A program made the translations under genes and the position numbers. This document shows, in pieces, positions 9,860 to 16,579 of a stretch of 42,797 nt of DNA. The notes beneath the pieces were generated by a model that was not told where the DNA came from, made no database searches, and saw nothing but the letters and a program-made list of their open reading frames with translations. The stretch lies in the IMG/VR virus record IMGVR_UViG_3300005511_000021. One strand, 5' to 3'. The stretch comes from a virus. Numbering within the stretch: position 1 is the first letter of the stretch; every line of letters begins with the position of its first letter.

Positions 9860-10118
9860 GGACTATGTGGCGTTCGATACGGTGAATGACCTCAAGCGGG
9901 TTCTCTTCATCGCCGACGATGGCTTGCGGCGACTTCCCGTCCATTCGGTCAGCAAGCTCTTTGATTGCATCAAGCTTGCCCTCTTCCGCAGCAGAGATCA
10001 GCTTCTTGGCGATGAGGCGAAGCCCACGCTGGTCAAGCTCAGCTGCGGCGAGTTCAATCCTGAGAGCATCGCGAAAGGGCTTTTCCTGCTTGCGCCCGCT
10101 GTTTGCATTGCCGGCCAT
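9831..10118 (-). CDS. terS: Terminase small subunit candidate
   Basis: Internal ATG at 10118 gives 95 aa starting MAGNANSGRKQEKPF, typical of small terminases. Overlaps the terL start by 29 nt. Confidence 0.65.
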   Translation of the reverse strand: MAGNANSGRKQEKPFRDALRIELAAAELDQRGLRLIAKKLISAAEEGKLDAIKELADRMDGKSPQAIVGDEENPLEVIHRIERHIVRANAPDTNS

Positions 10119-10193
10119 TTTAAAATGACCATCCGATTGATTTGAAAGCCATGTGCTGCACTCCCTTTCAGGTTGGTGCAAAATGTAATTGTG

Positions 10194-10457
10194 TTACGCC
10201 AGAGCGATGATGTTAGTCGCCGTTGTGCCAGTGAGGAGAACCATCTTCGTACGCACTGGGATGATCTGACCAGCCAGGACACCGGTTATCGTGACGTCGG
10301 CGAGTTTATCTGTTGCCGGGTCGAATGCCCGCACTGCAATGTTGCCGGCGCCACCAACGAAGATAGCGCGGGTGTGCTTTTTCAGTTCTGCACTATCGCT
10401 GGGTGTGACAGCCCACACGTAGCCTGCCGGCTTGATCTCGTCGATGCCGCTTGCCAT
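10194..10457 (-). CDS. Small beta-rich protein resembling the RcGTA head-spike base family (RCAP_rcc01079-like)
   Basis: 87 aa. VTPSDSAELKKHTRAIFVGGAGNIAV...GVLAGQIIPVRTKMVLLTGTTATNIIAL matches my recollection of that family. AGGAGA Shine-Dalgarno. Confidence 0.6.
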   Translation of the reverse strand: MASGIDEIKPAGYVWAVTPSDSAELKKHTRAIFVGGAGNIAVRAFDPATDKLADVTITGVLAGQIIPVRTKMVLLTGTTATNIIALA

Positions 10458-10473
10458 ATGGATTTCTCCTGAA

Positions 10474-10501
10474 TTGACTTCCCGTAGTTACGGGATAGAA
10501 T
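10474..10501 (+). promoter_or_regulatory. Sigma70-type promoter for the brnA-like gene
   Basis: TTGACT (10474..10479), 16-nt spacer, TAGAAT (10496..10501), about 30 nt upstream of ATG 10531. Confidence 0.55.
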
Positions 10502-10513
10502 GCCGTAGTTACG
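10482..10513 (+). promoter_or_regulatory. Two 11-bp direct repeats CCGTAGTTACG (candidate operator)
   Basis: Copies at 10482..10492 and 10503..10513, 21 bp centre to centre. They overlap the promoter spacer and the region just after the -10. Confidence 0.5.
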
Positions 10514-10530
10514 AAATTGCGAGGAATGCC

Positions 10531-10803
10531 ATGGCCATCAAATTCACAAACGGCCCAGAGAAATTTCAGGCTCGAAAAGAGCAGTTGAGGTCAGAAAACA
10601 AAGTGATGTCATCTATCCTGCAGCATACCGCTGACGGGACATTGAAGGCTCCGAAGACCAAAAGCGGCAGAAAGCCAGATCCAAATGCCAAGAAGCTCTT
10701 GACGCTTCGCCTTGATCCTCAGGTGATTGAGCATTTCAGATCTACCGGCGAAGGCTGGCAAACCCGCATGAACGAGGCGCTGCGAAAGGCTGCCGGCCTA
10801 TAG
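10531..10803 (+). CDS. brnA: BrnA-family antitoxin-like protein, orphan (no BrnT gene present)
   Basis: 90 aa. C-terminal KKLLTLRLDPQVIEHFRSTGEGWQTRMNEALRKA matches the BrnA signature (RLD..V...F...G.GWQTRiN.aLr). Opposite strand to all neighbours. Confidence 0.75.
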   Translation: MAIKFTNGPEKFQARKEQLRSENKVMSSILQHTADGTLKAPKTKSGRKPDPNAKKLLTLRLDPQVIEHFRSTGEGWQTRMNEALRKAAGL

Positions 10804-11001
10804 CGCGCTATTTTTGTTGAGATACTGCTCGCCTCGCTGAAACCCAGCAGCCGGCTTCTTCTCCAGCATCTCAGGAAGAGCCCGCAACAGATCCTCAGTC
10901 GAGGAAAATGCATAAATGGGCCACAAAGACCCATCATTCACGCCTTCCGAGAGTACCCATCCACCGTTGTTGGCTCGTCTCAGGGTGAAATCGTTGTTCA
11001 T
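10798..11001 (-). CDS. Hypothetical protein
   Basis: 67-aa ORF in the late-operon leader block. Converges on the brnA-like gene with a 6-nt overlap. Confidence 0.6.
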   Translation of the reverse strand: MNNDFTLRRANNGGWVLSEGVNDGSLWPIYAFSSTEDLLRALPEMLEKKPAAGFQRGEQYLNKNSAL

Positions 11002-11010
11002 AGCGCGCGC

Positions 11011-11229
11011 CTATATCTCTTTGGGTACGATCGATCTTGCATCAGCTGGCGAAGCGCCGCCTTGCGGGAAGTCCTCGGGGTGAACCTTCTTCCATTCGAC
11101 CCAGAATGCCGATGGGTGCAGATGAGCGAGCTTGCGGAATAGCTCAAGATCCTTGGATCTCAGAGCCTTGAGGAGCGGCAGGAACGGGCTTGGCTGAGAT
11201 TCTTCGTGCCTGATGGTGATCTGCATCAT
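11011..11229 (-). CDS. Hypothetical protein
   Basis: 72-aa ORF on the same strand as the operon. Confidence 0.6.
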   Translation of the reverse strand: MMQITIRHEESQPSPFLPLLKALRSKDLELFRKLAHLHPSAFWVEWKKVHPEDFPQGGASPADARSIVPKEI

Positions 11230-11269
11230 ATGAAATTCTCATATTGCTGGCGGCAGATCAACCGATCGC

Positions 11270-11407
11270 TCACAGCGCTCTCCACAATCCTTCACCGGGC
11301 GGTTCGTACCGTGTCTGGCACCCCGACAGAACGAAAGCAGCAGCAAGAGCAGCAATGACGATGGTGAGCCAGATGAGGCCGCGGGAATAGCGCTTCCAGA
11401 AGGTCAT
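11270..11407 (-). CDS. Micro-lipoprotein (45-aa precursor, about 16-aa mature)
   Basis: My translation is MTFWKRYSRGLIWLTIVIAALAAAFVLSGCQTRYEPPGEGLWRAL. It has a signal peptide plus the lipobox L-S-G-C. ATGA-coupled to the upstream gene. Below the ORF-track size cutoff. Confidence 0.5.
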   Translation of the reverse strand: MTFWKRYSRGLIWLTIVIAALAAAFVLSGCQTRYEPPGEGLWRAL

Positions 11408-11637
11408 GCTGCTAACTCGTCGACCCGGCGCAGGATATCGTGGCCGAACTCAGTTATCACCCAGCGCCGAGGATTCATTACGCATTGGATCATCCCAGCC
11501 TTTCGTAGCTGCTGGCGGATTCGGTCCTGCTTCCGATCGGCCGTTGGGAGCCATAGCCCATTCCTCAGCCGGTTTATGAAATCCATGTGGGCGTCGGTCA
11601 AATCCATTTCATGACCTCGGAATGAAGAGCCCGCCAT
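11404..11637 (-). CDS. Hypothetical protein
   Basis: 77-aa ORF. The alternative ATG at 11607 has a GAGG Shine-Dalgarno and would give 67 aa. Ends in LAA. Confidence 0.65.
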   Translation of the reverse strand: MAGSSFRGHEMDLTDAHMDFINRLRNGLWLPTADRKQDRIRQQLRKAGMIQCVMNPRRWVITEFGHDILRRVDELAA

Positions 11638-11769
11638 CCGGGTTTATCCGGTGACGGGCTGGGACTGGCTTGGGAAACTCCAGAGACAGTTCTTCTATGC
11701 GCTGGCTGTGAGCACCAGCAGAGACGCGGCGAAATCCGCAACAGAACCGTCTCGCAAATCACTGCCGAC

Positions 11770-11797
11770 ATATTAACCAAATCATTGTTAATGGCAA
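11770..11797 (-). promoter_or_regulatory. Candidate late promoter on the minus strand
   Basis: Minus strand reads TTGCCA (11797..11792), 16-nt spacer, TAATAT (11775..11770). It lies in an AT-rich 174-bp gap just downstream of the NusG-like gene. Confidence 0.45.
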
Positions 11798-11811
11798 GCG
11801 GGTTCAAACGG

Positions 11812-12423
11812 TTAGCTCGCCATATCCACAAGGTCGATCGGTATCTCTGCGTTTGCGAGTCCGTTTAGCCTCTCGATGATGACCTTGATCGTATTCCGCC
11901 CTGTGGCTGCGACGATGGTTGCACGGCGGCCGGCGAACAGCCTATGCTCCTTGCTGATGGTGACGACGCCGCCTGCTGGGAACTGTTCAGCGGCGACACG
12001 TCTGGTCACCTTGCGCAGCCGTTGCTCTTCCTGATAGGCCCTGAGCGCCTTGTGGTACTCATACAGATCGCGAAGGCTGGTCTCTGCCATCTGGATTAGG
12101 TCGATCTGGGCAGTTGGGAGCGGGATCGGTGTTCCCCCTACCCCGATGATCGAAGCGACGAAATCGCATTCGGCGACCTTCTTCCAGTTCTGTTCGTCCG
12201 GTATGGCCCGCATGAAGGCATAGCCAGGGATCAGCGGGAAGCGCTTGTCGATCGTCTTCTTTGTACGATGGTGGATCTTCATCGCCAGTTCCATCGGCAT
12301 GTAGTAGTCTATCCCCTCACGCTTCAGTGACCATTCGATATTTGTGATGCGCTCATCGTGCCTGTATGGCCGTGACGCTCCTGGCTTGAGCCTCAACGCG
12401 TACCAAGAAGTCTTGCCGCCCAT
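11812..12423 (-). CDS. NusG/RfaH-family transcription antitermination factor paralog
   Basis: 203 aa. NGN domain (WYALRLKPG...FPLIPGYAFMR...IIGVGGTPIPLP) and C-terminal KOW (FPAGGVVTISKEHRLFAGRRATIV) separated by a roughly 50-aa helical insert. Confidence 0.8.
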   Translation of the reverse strand: MGGKTSWYALRLKPGASRPYRHDERITNIEWSLKREGIDYYMPMELAMKIHHRTKKTIDKRFPLIPGYAFMRAIPDEQNWKKVAECDFVASIIGVGGTPIPLPTAQIDLIQMAETSLRDLYEYHKALRAYQEEQRLRKVTRRVAAEQFPAGGVVTISKEHRLFAGRRATIVAATGRNTIKVIIERLNGLANAEIPIDLVDMAS

Positions 12424-12433
12424 GGTTTCCTCG

Positions 12434-12637
12434 CTATGAAATGACCTGATGCCTGAACGCCGCCGCTATCAGGTGTGGAGTGTTGGCGGCGTCAAACTTC
12501 CGCCTGGCATTCTCGATGTGGTTTCGGATCGTGTGCTCGGAGAGATGAAGGATCGTCGATATTTCCCAAGCCGTCTTCCCATCCGCTATCCATTTGATGA
12601 CCTCGGTTTCGCGGGGAGTTATGTGCACGTCGCTCAT
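12434..12637 (-). CDS. LuxR/GerE-type HTH regulator, DNA-binding domain only
   Basis: 67 aa. ITPRETEVIKWIADGKTAWEISTILHLSEHTIRNHIENARRKF is a canonical GerE HTH. ATGA-coupled to the upstream gene. Confidence 0.85.
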   Translation of the reverse strand: MSDVHITPRETEVIKWIADGKTAWEISTILHLSEHTIRNHIENARRKFDAANTPHLIAAAFRHQVIS

Positions 12638-13149
12638 AGGCCCTCGTCCAGCGGGTAGACCGTTTCTCCGGCGGCCTTCATCGCCTTTATCTTGTGGACA
12701 GCATGGAGGACAGTCGTGTGATCGCGCAGGAATAGGTTGCCGACCATCGGCGTCGACATGTCTTCGCGCTGGGTATAGACCTCGTACATCGCGACTTGTC
12801 GGGCCCGGACTATGTTCCTGTCACGGTGTGGACCCTTGAGTTCCGCGAAGCTGACGCCGGGGAACTTCTCCAGCACTTCGAGGATGATCGCCTTTACCGG
12901 GCGCCCCTTCCCGACTGATGACTTCATCTCTGATGCCAGACGATCGAGGCAAGACCGGACGACCGATCGCCACACAGTGACGTGGCTGTCAAATGAGACC
13001 TGACGCCTCTTCCATTCCGGCCAATTCGCCTTGTCCTCAACCACCTTTACCGGCTTGACCAACGGCAGCTTAGCCGCTGGGGCGTTCCAGAGCCGCGCAT
13101 GGGCTGCTCTGTATCTTTCGTGCTGTTCCCTCAACGCTGATACGCTCAT
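12634..13149 (-). CDS. Protein with a DnaA C-terminal (domain IV) DNA-binding domain and no AAA+ module
   Basis: 171 aa. RDRNIVRARQVAMYEVYTQREDMSTPMVGNLFLRDHTTVLHAVHKIKAM matches the Bac_DnaA_C signature. Confidence 0.8.
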   Translation of the reverse strand: MSVSALREQHERYRAAHARLWNAPAAKLPLVKPVKVVEDKANWPEWKRRQVSFDSHVTVWRSVVRSCLDRLASEMKSSVGKGRPVKAIILEVLEKFPGVSFAELKGPHRDRNIVRARQVAMYEVYTQREDMSTPMVGNLFLRDHTTVLHAVHKIKAMKAAGETVYPLDEGL

Positions 13150-13325
13150 GCTATTCTGCCCTCACTGGTTACCATGTCTTGCTTCGTGAAAGAGCCCAGA
13201 ACACCACGGCTATCGCGAACATAATCGACGATCCAAAAATGGCGTCCGGCCAAGTGATCCCAGATTGCGTCATTGGGGTATCCCGTCCATGCAAAGAAGC
13301 CGAGCCGTAACCCATGCGTCGTCAT
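13146..13325 (-). CDS. Hypothetical protein; frame and start uncertain
   Basis: 59 aa from ATG 13325, ATGA-coupled to the downstream gene. It overlaps 13270..13569 by 56 nt. A third-frame 48-aa membrane-like ORF from ATG 13312 is an alternative. GC3 does not discriminate between them. Confidence 0.35.
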   Translation of the reverse strand: MTTHGLRLGFFAWTGYPNDAIWDHLAGRHFWIVDYVRDSRGVLGSFTKQDMVTSEGRIA

Positions 13326-13569
13326 CCTCTCCGTTGCAGGCTGAGTAGGCTTCGCATAGGGCTTTCGTGGCGCGCTTGAGTCTGTCGTGCTGCGCCATGA
13401 TATTAATTGCCTGGGTGGCAAACCTGTCGCGTTCGGCTATTGCCTCATCGCGCTCTCGACGGGCAAGATCGCGCTCGTATGCGTATTGGCTGATCTCAAC
13501 CTGCTTCCTGTATCCAGGCTCTCCCTTGCTCGGAGAGTGCATTTCGAAATTGTCGTCGTCTTCGCTCAT
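13270..13569 (-). CDS. Hypothetical protein
   Basis: 99-aa ORF, ATGA-coupled at 13566..13569, charged helical composition. Confidence 0.65.
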   Translation of the reverse strand: MSEDDDNFEMHSPSKGEPGYRKQVEISQYAYERDLARRERDEAIAERDRFATQAINIMAQHDRLKRATKALCEAYSACNGEDDDAWVTARLLCMDGIPQ

Positions 13570-14060
13570 TCTGCTGCGTCCTTCTGTTCGTTGTCTTCTG
13601 CCGCTCTCGCGATGATCGGATTATCCGGGAACATCGCCGCAAGCTTCTTCCGGGCGCTCAAGCTGCCATTCGTGGCGTCCTTGAGCAGTTGCATCTTTTC
13701 TTTTGAGACCTTCGGCTGTGGCTTCTCCTCGGGCGGCTCGATGCGTGGGCGGCGCTCCGCGGCGATCGACATTTGCTGGAACCGGCACTCTTCGGCAAAC
13801 TCTGCGCAGCTCGGGGCGAAGGCGTTATTGTGGTTTGCCACCTCTCCTCGCATGAACCTGCCGGCGGCTCGCGCCAGTGCTTCCGGCTCAATACCTCCAG
13901 ACGCCATAAGATATGCCCTGATCTGCATATCGGGATCAGTGCCGGCCGATGCTGGGAAGCCAGAAAGCATCGCCGCGATAATCGTTGCTGGTGAGGAAGT
14001 CGCGCGCTGCGTCACTGATCGTTCTCCGTCCAGATTTGCTTTGAATGGGCTGCGGTTCAT
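13566..14060 (-). CDS. Hypothetical protein (replication-module position)
   Basis: 164-aa ORF with AGGAG upstream of ATG 14060. It overlaps the upstream gene by 125 nt, so the start is uncertain. Confidence 0.6.
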   Translation of the reverse strand: MNRSPFKANLDGERSVTQRATSSPATIIAAMLSGFPASAGTDPDMQIRAYLMASGGIEPEALARAAGRFMRGEVANHNNAFAPSCAEFAEECRFQQMSIAAERRPRIEPPEEKPQPKVSKEKMQLLKDATNGSLSARKKLAAMFPDNPIIARAAEDNEQKDAAE

Positions 14061-14274
14061 CGCTCCAACGCTCCTGATTTAGCCAGGTCGTCGGGTGAGG
14101 GATGAACTGCTGTTCCTTGCTGGCGTAGTAGGCGAGTTGGCGTTGAAGGCCGGCCATGATGCCTTCGAAGCTTTCTAGCTTCAGGGCCTTCTCGAATGAC
14201 TTGCGGGCGGCGCCCTTGCCGATGCGACGGGGATAGGTGCGCCAGAACGTTTCGAATTGGTCTTCTCGTGTCAT
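13936..14274 (-). CDS. Conserved phage protein of the FWxxYPRR...IPHPxTWLNQERW type, often found in replication modules
   Basis: 112 aa. Contains FETFWRTYPRRIGKGAARKSFEKAL and FIPHPTTWLNQERWSDE. Confidence 0.7.
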   Translation of the reverse strand: MTREDQFETFWRTYPRRIGKGAARKSFEKALKLESFEGIMAGLQRQLAYYASKEQQFIPHPTTWLNQERWSDEPQPIQSKSGRRTISDAARDFLTSNDYRGDAFWLPSIGRH

Positions 14275-14846
14275 GCTTGTTTTCCCTCGTAGAAAATTCG
14301 CGGACCAATGTAGCTAGAGCCCTTCGGCCCCCATACATACCAAGCGTGATCTTCGGTTCCCGTCTCGCCATTGCCGGCCCAACTAATGCGATCGACGAGA
14401 TTTATTTTGGCCATGAACCGATCATTGTCGCGGAACAGATGATGGCGCGTCTTGCCGAAATCGAATTTGGCCGTGAGGAGCATGGCGACATTGCCAGCAC
14501 ATCGCTTCAGAGCCAGTTCGCAGAACTGGACGGCGAGACGGTTGCCCTTGCCGTAAGGGGGATTCGTGACAATGGCGTCTGGGCGCTCCGAAAGCAGTGG
14601 GGAAACAAAGCCGTTCAGGAAATCGAATGTCTCGCAGTGATCGCGGCCGTACCATTCGATGTCGCTTGTCCACACCTTGGCACCGTCCGTTCTCAGAACG
14701 TCAGCAATAGCGTGCCCACCAGCAGCCGGTTCCCAAACGAGATATCCTGTCATCGGGAAGCGGCGCAGAAGCGCCTGCGTTGCCCATGCCTCGGTCTGAT
14801 AGTAATTGTTTGCGACAAGTTCGAAGTTCGATGCGCGGACTGTCAT
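14271..14846 (-). CDS. DNA N6-adenine (or N4-cytosine) methyltransferase, small gamma-type
   Basis: SAM motif WEPAAGGHAIADVL followed by the catalytic IVTNPPYG. I prefer ATG 14846 (GGAGAGG Shine-Dalgarno, ATGA-coupled), giving 191 aa. Confidence 0.85.
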   Translation of the reverse strand: MTVRASNFELVANNYYQTEAWATQALLRRFPMTGYLVWEPAAGGHAIADVLRTDGAKVWTSDIEWYGRDHCETFDFLNGFVSPLLSERPDAIVTNPPYGKGNRLAVQFCELALKRCAGNVAMLLTAKFDFGKTRHHLFRDNDRFMAKINLVDRISWAGNGETGTEDHAWYVWGPKGSSYIGPRIFYEGKQA

Positions 14847-15133
14847 GCCACCTCTCCGCTCGATACAGCCACGGCCCAATCGATAGCTTCTTGTGCGCTA
14901 GAAAGCTTGACGACCTTGGAGCCGCGCCAGCCGTCGTTGAATTCCTGCTGGTTTTCATTCAGGCTCTTGCCGTAGCCCTTGTTGCCGGTCTTGCATTCGA
15001 CGAGGAAGTTGCGGCCTCGATGCCCGACAAGCAGATCCACCGGCTGATTGAGCCGATAGACGCTGAAGCCGCACTGGACGAGTGCGCTGACAATCTCGGG
15101 CTCGCTGATATCTCTTTTCGAAGCTCGTCTCAT
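14843..15133 (-). CDS. VRR-NUC-type PD-(D/E)xK nuclease
   Basis: 96 aa with PVDLLVGHRGRNFLVECKT...LNENQQEF (D...E.K core). Confidence 0.7.
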   Translation of the reverse strand: MRRASKRDISEPEIVSALVQCGFSVYRLNQPVDLLVGHRGRNFLVECKTGNKGYGKSLNENQQEFNDGWRGSKVVKLSSAQEAIDWAVAVSSGEVA

Positions 15134-15366
15134 CGGCGCGCCCTATCCCTGTAGTCGTGGCCGGCGAACTTGATCGGTGCACGCTTGCGCCGCGGCGGCT
15201 CGGCAAACCTCATCCGATAGGCGCCGGGGATAAAGCCATCAGGGCCTTCAACGTGTGACGTGCTGATCCACTGGAGGCCGTTGCTTGTGGCAGCTTTCAG
15301 AGCCGCGCGCTTCTGATCGTCAGAGGTGACGGTCTCTTCCCAGACATCGCAGTGTTTGTTGGTCAT
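15130..15366 (-). CDS. Hypothetical protein
   Basis: 78-aa ORF, ATGA-coupled at both ends. Confidence 0.65.
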   Translation of the reverse strand: MTNKHCDVWEETVTSDDQKRAALKAATSNGLQWISTSHVEGPDGFIPGAYRMRFAEPPRRKRAPIKFAGHDYRDRARR

Positions 15367-15563
15367 GCTGCGCCCCGTTTCCGCTCGATCGCGATCTCGT
15401 AGTCGTCGCGAACCTCTTTCAGCACATCGAGGCGGCGTTGCTTGACATCGATCTCATGCTGCGGGCGCTTTTTCGGACCATCGCCGAATGAGGCCAGCCA
15501 GGCGCGGGTGTTGAATATGATAGTGTCGATCTCGTCTTGCTTGTCTTGGAGGCTGAATTTCAT
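15363..15563 (-). CDS. Hypothetical protein
   Basis: ATG 15563 is ATGA-coupled to the upstream stop, giving 66 aa. Ends in GAA. Confidence 0.6.
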   Translation of the reverse strand: MKFSLQDKQDEIDTIIFNTRAWLASFGDGPKKRPQHEIDVKQRRLDVLKEVRDDYEIAIERKRGAA

Positions 15564-15874
15564 GGCGCTGGTGCCTCCCATTGTTCGCGGAATAGTTCGA
15601 AAACTGGCCTATCGACGGCCTCGAACGTCTGTGGCGTATCGGCAAAGAGCCCGTCAGATGACGAGATGACCAAGCCGTTCTCGATCAGGAACCGGCCAAC
15701 GCCAGTCGGGAATTTCACATTGTCGCGAACTGTGAAGTAGATGTAGCTACCGCCGATCGTCTTCGCCTCTTCGCTCTGCGAGAACTGACGGCAGAGGAGA
15801 CGGCCGCTGCGATGCAGCCGGTTGAACGCAACGATGATATTCTTGTTGAGCTTCCGTCTCTTTGGCTTTGTCAT
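15560..15874 (-). CDS. Hypothetical protein
   Basis: 104-aa ORF with a basic N-terminus. Confidence 0.65.
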   Translation of the reverse strand: MTKPKRRKLNKNIIVAFNRLHRSGRLLCRQFSQSEEAKTIGGSYIYFTVRDNVKFPTGVGRFLIENGLVISSSDGLFADTPQTFEAVDRPVFELFREQWEAPAP

Positions 15875-15916
15875 CTCGCCGCCTCGGGTGGTGGTTTATG
15901 CTTTGGGGTGGTGGGG

Positions 15917-16567
15917 TTAGGCTGCCTGTTGCTGAAGATTACCGGTGACGTATGGCGCCCACTGTGAGGCCATGGCCTCGGCTATGCCGGCGTAGGTCCG
16001 GCTGCGGTTCTTCCAGCGATCGGGACCGGGGCTTTCGTGGTGAACCTTGGCGCGCTCCGCATAGGGGAGCCTCATCATCTCGTCGTAGACATTGTTGCTG
16101 GGGACTAGCTGTGGAAGGTTCCTGAGCCACAGACATGTGCGCTTCACCTCCATATGGCCGAACTGCCACGGCTGGATTGACTGGGTGAAGTTCTGACCGA
16201 TCAGGCCGACCGCATGGCCTAGCATGACCGGGTTCTCTATCGCGATGTGCGGGATCTTCGCGCTCAGGAGCATACGAAAAAACGCTGCCGCCTCCTCCAT
16301 GCTCTTCCAGCGCTCATCGTTGCGGCCGTTTTCCTTCTTCATGCCTAGATAGAGGTGCTTCGCCCCGCTGTTGGCCATGTAGGTGCACGGCGGATGCGCG
16401 ATCATCAGATCCCACTTCAGATGCAAAACGGACTGCACTGGCGCCTCTATGTGCCATGTAGGATCCGCCTCGCTCGGCAGTATGTCGCACGACCAGGCAT
16501 CATGACCGAGTGCTCTGAAGGCGTCACGGACTCGGCCGGAGTATTCGCAGGCGACCAGAACCTTCAT
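15917..16567 (-). CDS. Short C5-cytosine DNA methyltransferase-like protein
   Basis: 216 aa. Motif I-like KVLVACEYSG, catalytic HPPC, IENP (ENV-like), C-terminal RSRTYAGIAEAMASQW. No obvious long target-recognition domain. Confidence 0.75.
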   Translation of the reverse strand: MKVLVACEYSGRVRDAFRALGHDAWSCDILPSEADPTWHIEAPVQSVLHLKWDLMIAHPPCTYMANSGAKHLYLGMKKENGRNDERWKSMEEAAAFFRMLLSAKIPHIAIENPVMLGHAVGLIGQNFTQSIQPWQFGHMEVKRTCLWLRNLPQLVPSNNVYDEMMRLPYAERAKVHHESPGPDRWKNRSRTYAGIAEAMASQWAPYVTGNLQQQAA

Positions 16568-16579
16568 TTCCGCATCCTC

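Noticed and set aside
10119-10530. A BrnT toxin partner for the BrnA-like gene
   Set aside because: The only ORF upstream is the minus-strand spike-base-like gene. No DUF497-type sequence (FEWD..K...N..KHG.SF) appears in any frame of the window.
11773-11791. A CtrA-box-like TTAA...TTAA element in the late promoter region
   Set aside because: The spacing is TTAA-N11-TTAA rather than the TTAA-N7-TTAAC consensus. It is probably just the AT-rich promoter spacer.
13146-13421. The full-length 91-aa ORF
   Set aside because: The N-terminal 32 codons overlap 13270..13569 extensively and are Pro/Ser/Thr/Arg-rich. Only the part from ATG 13325 is retained, and at low confidence because a third-frame alternative exists.
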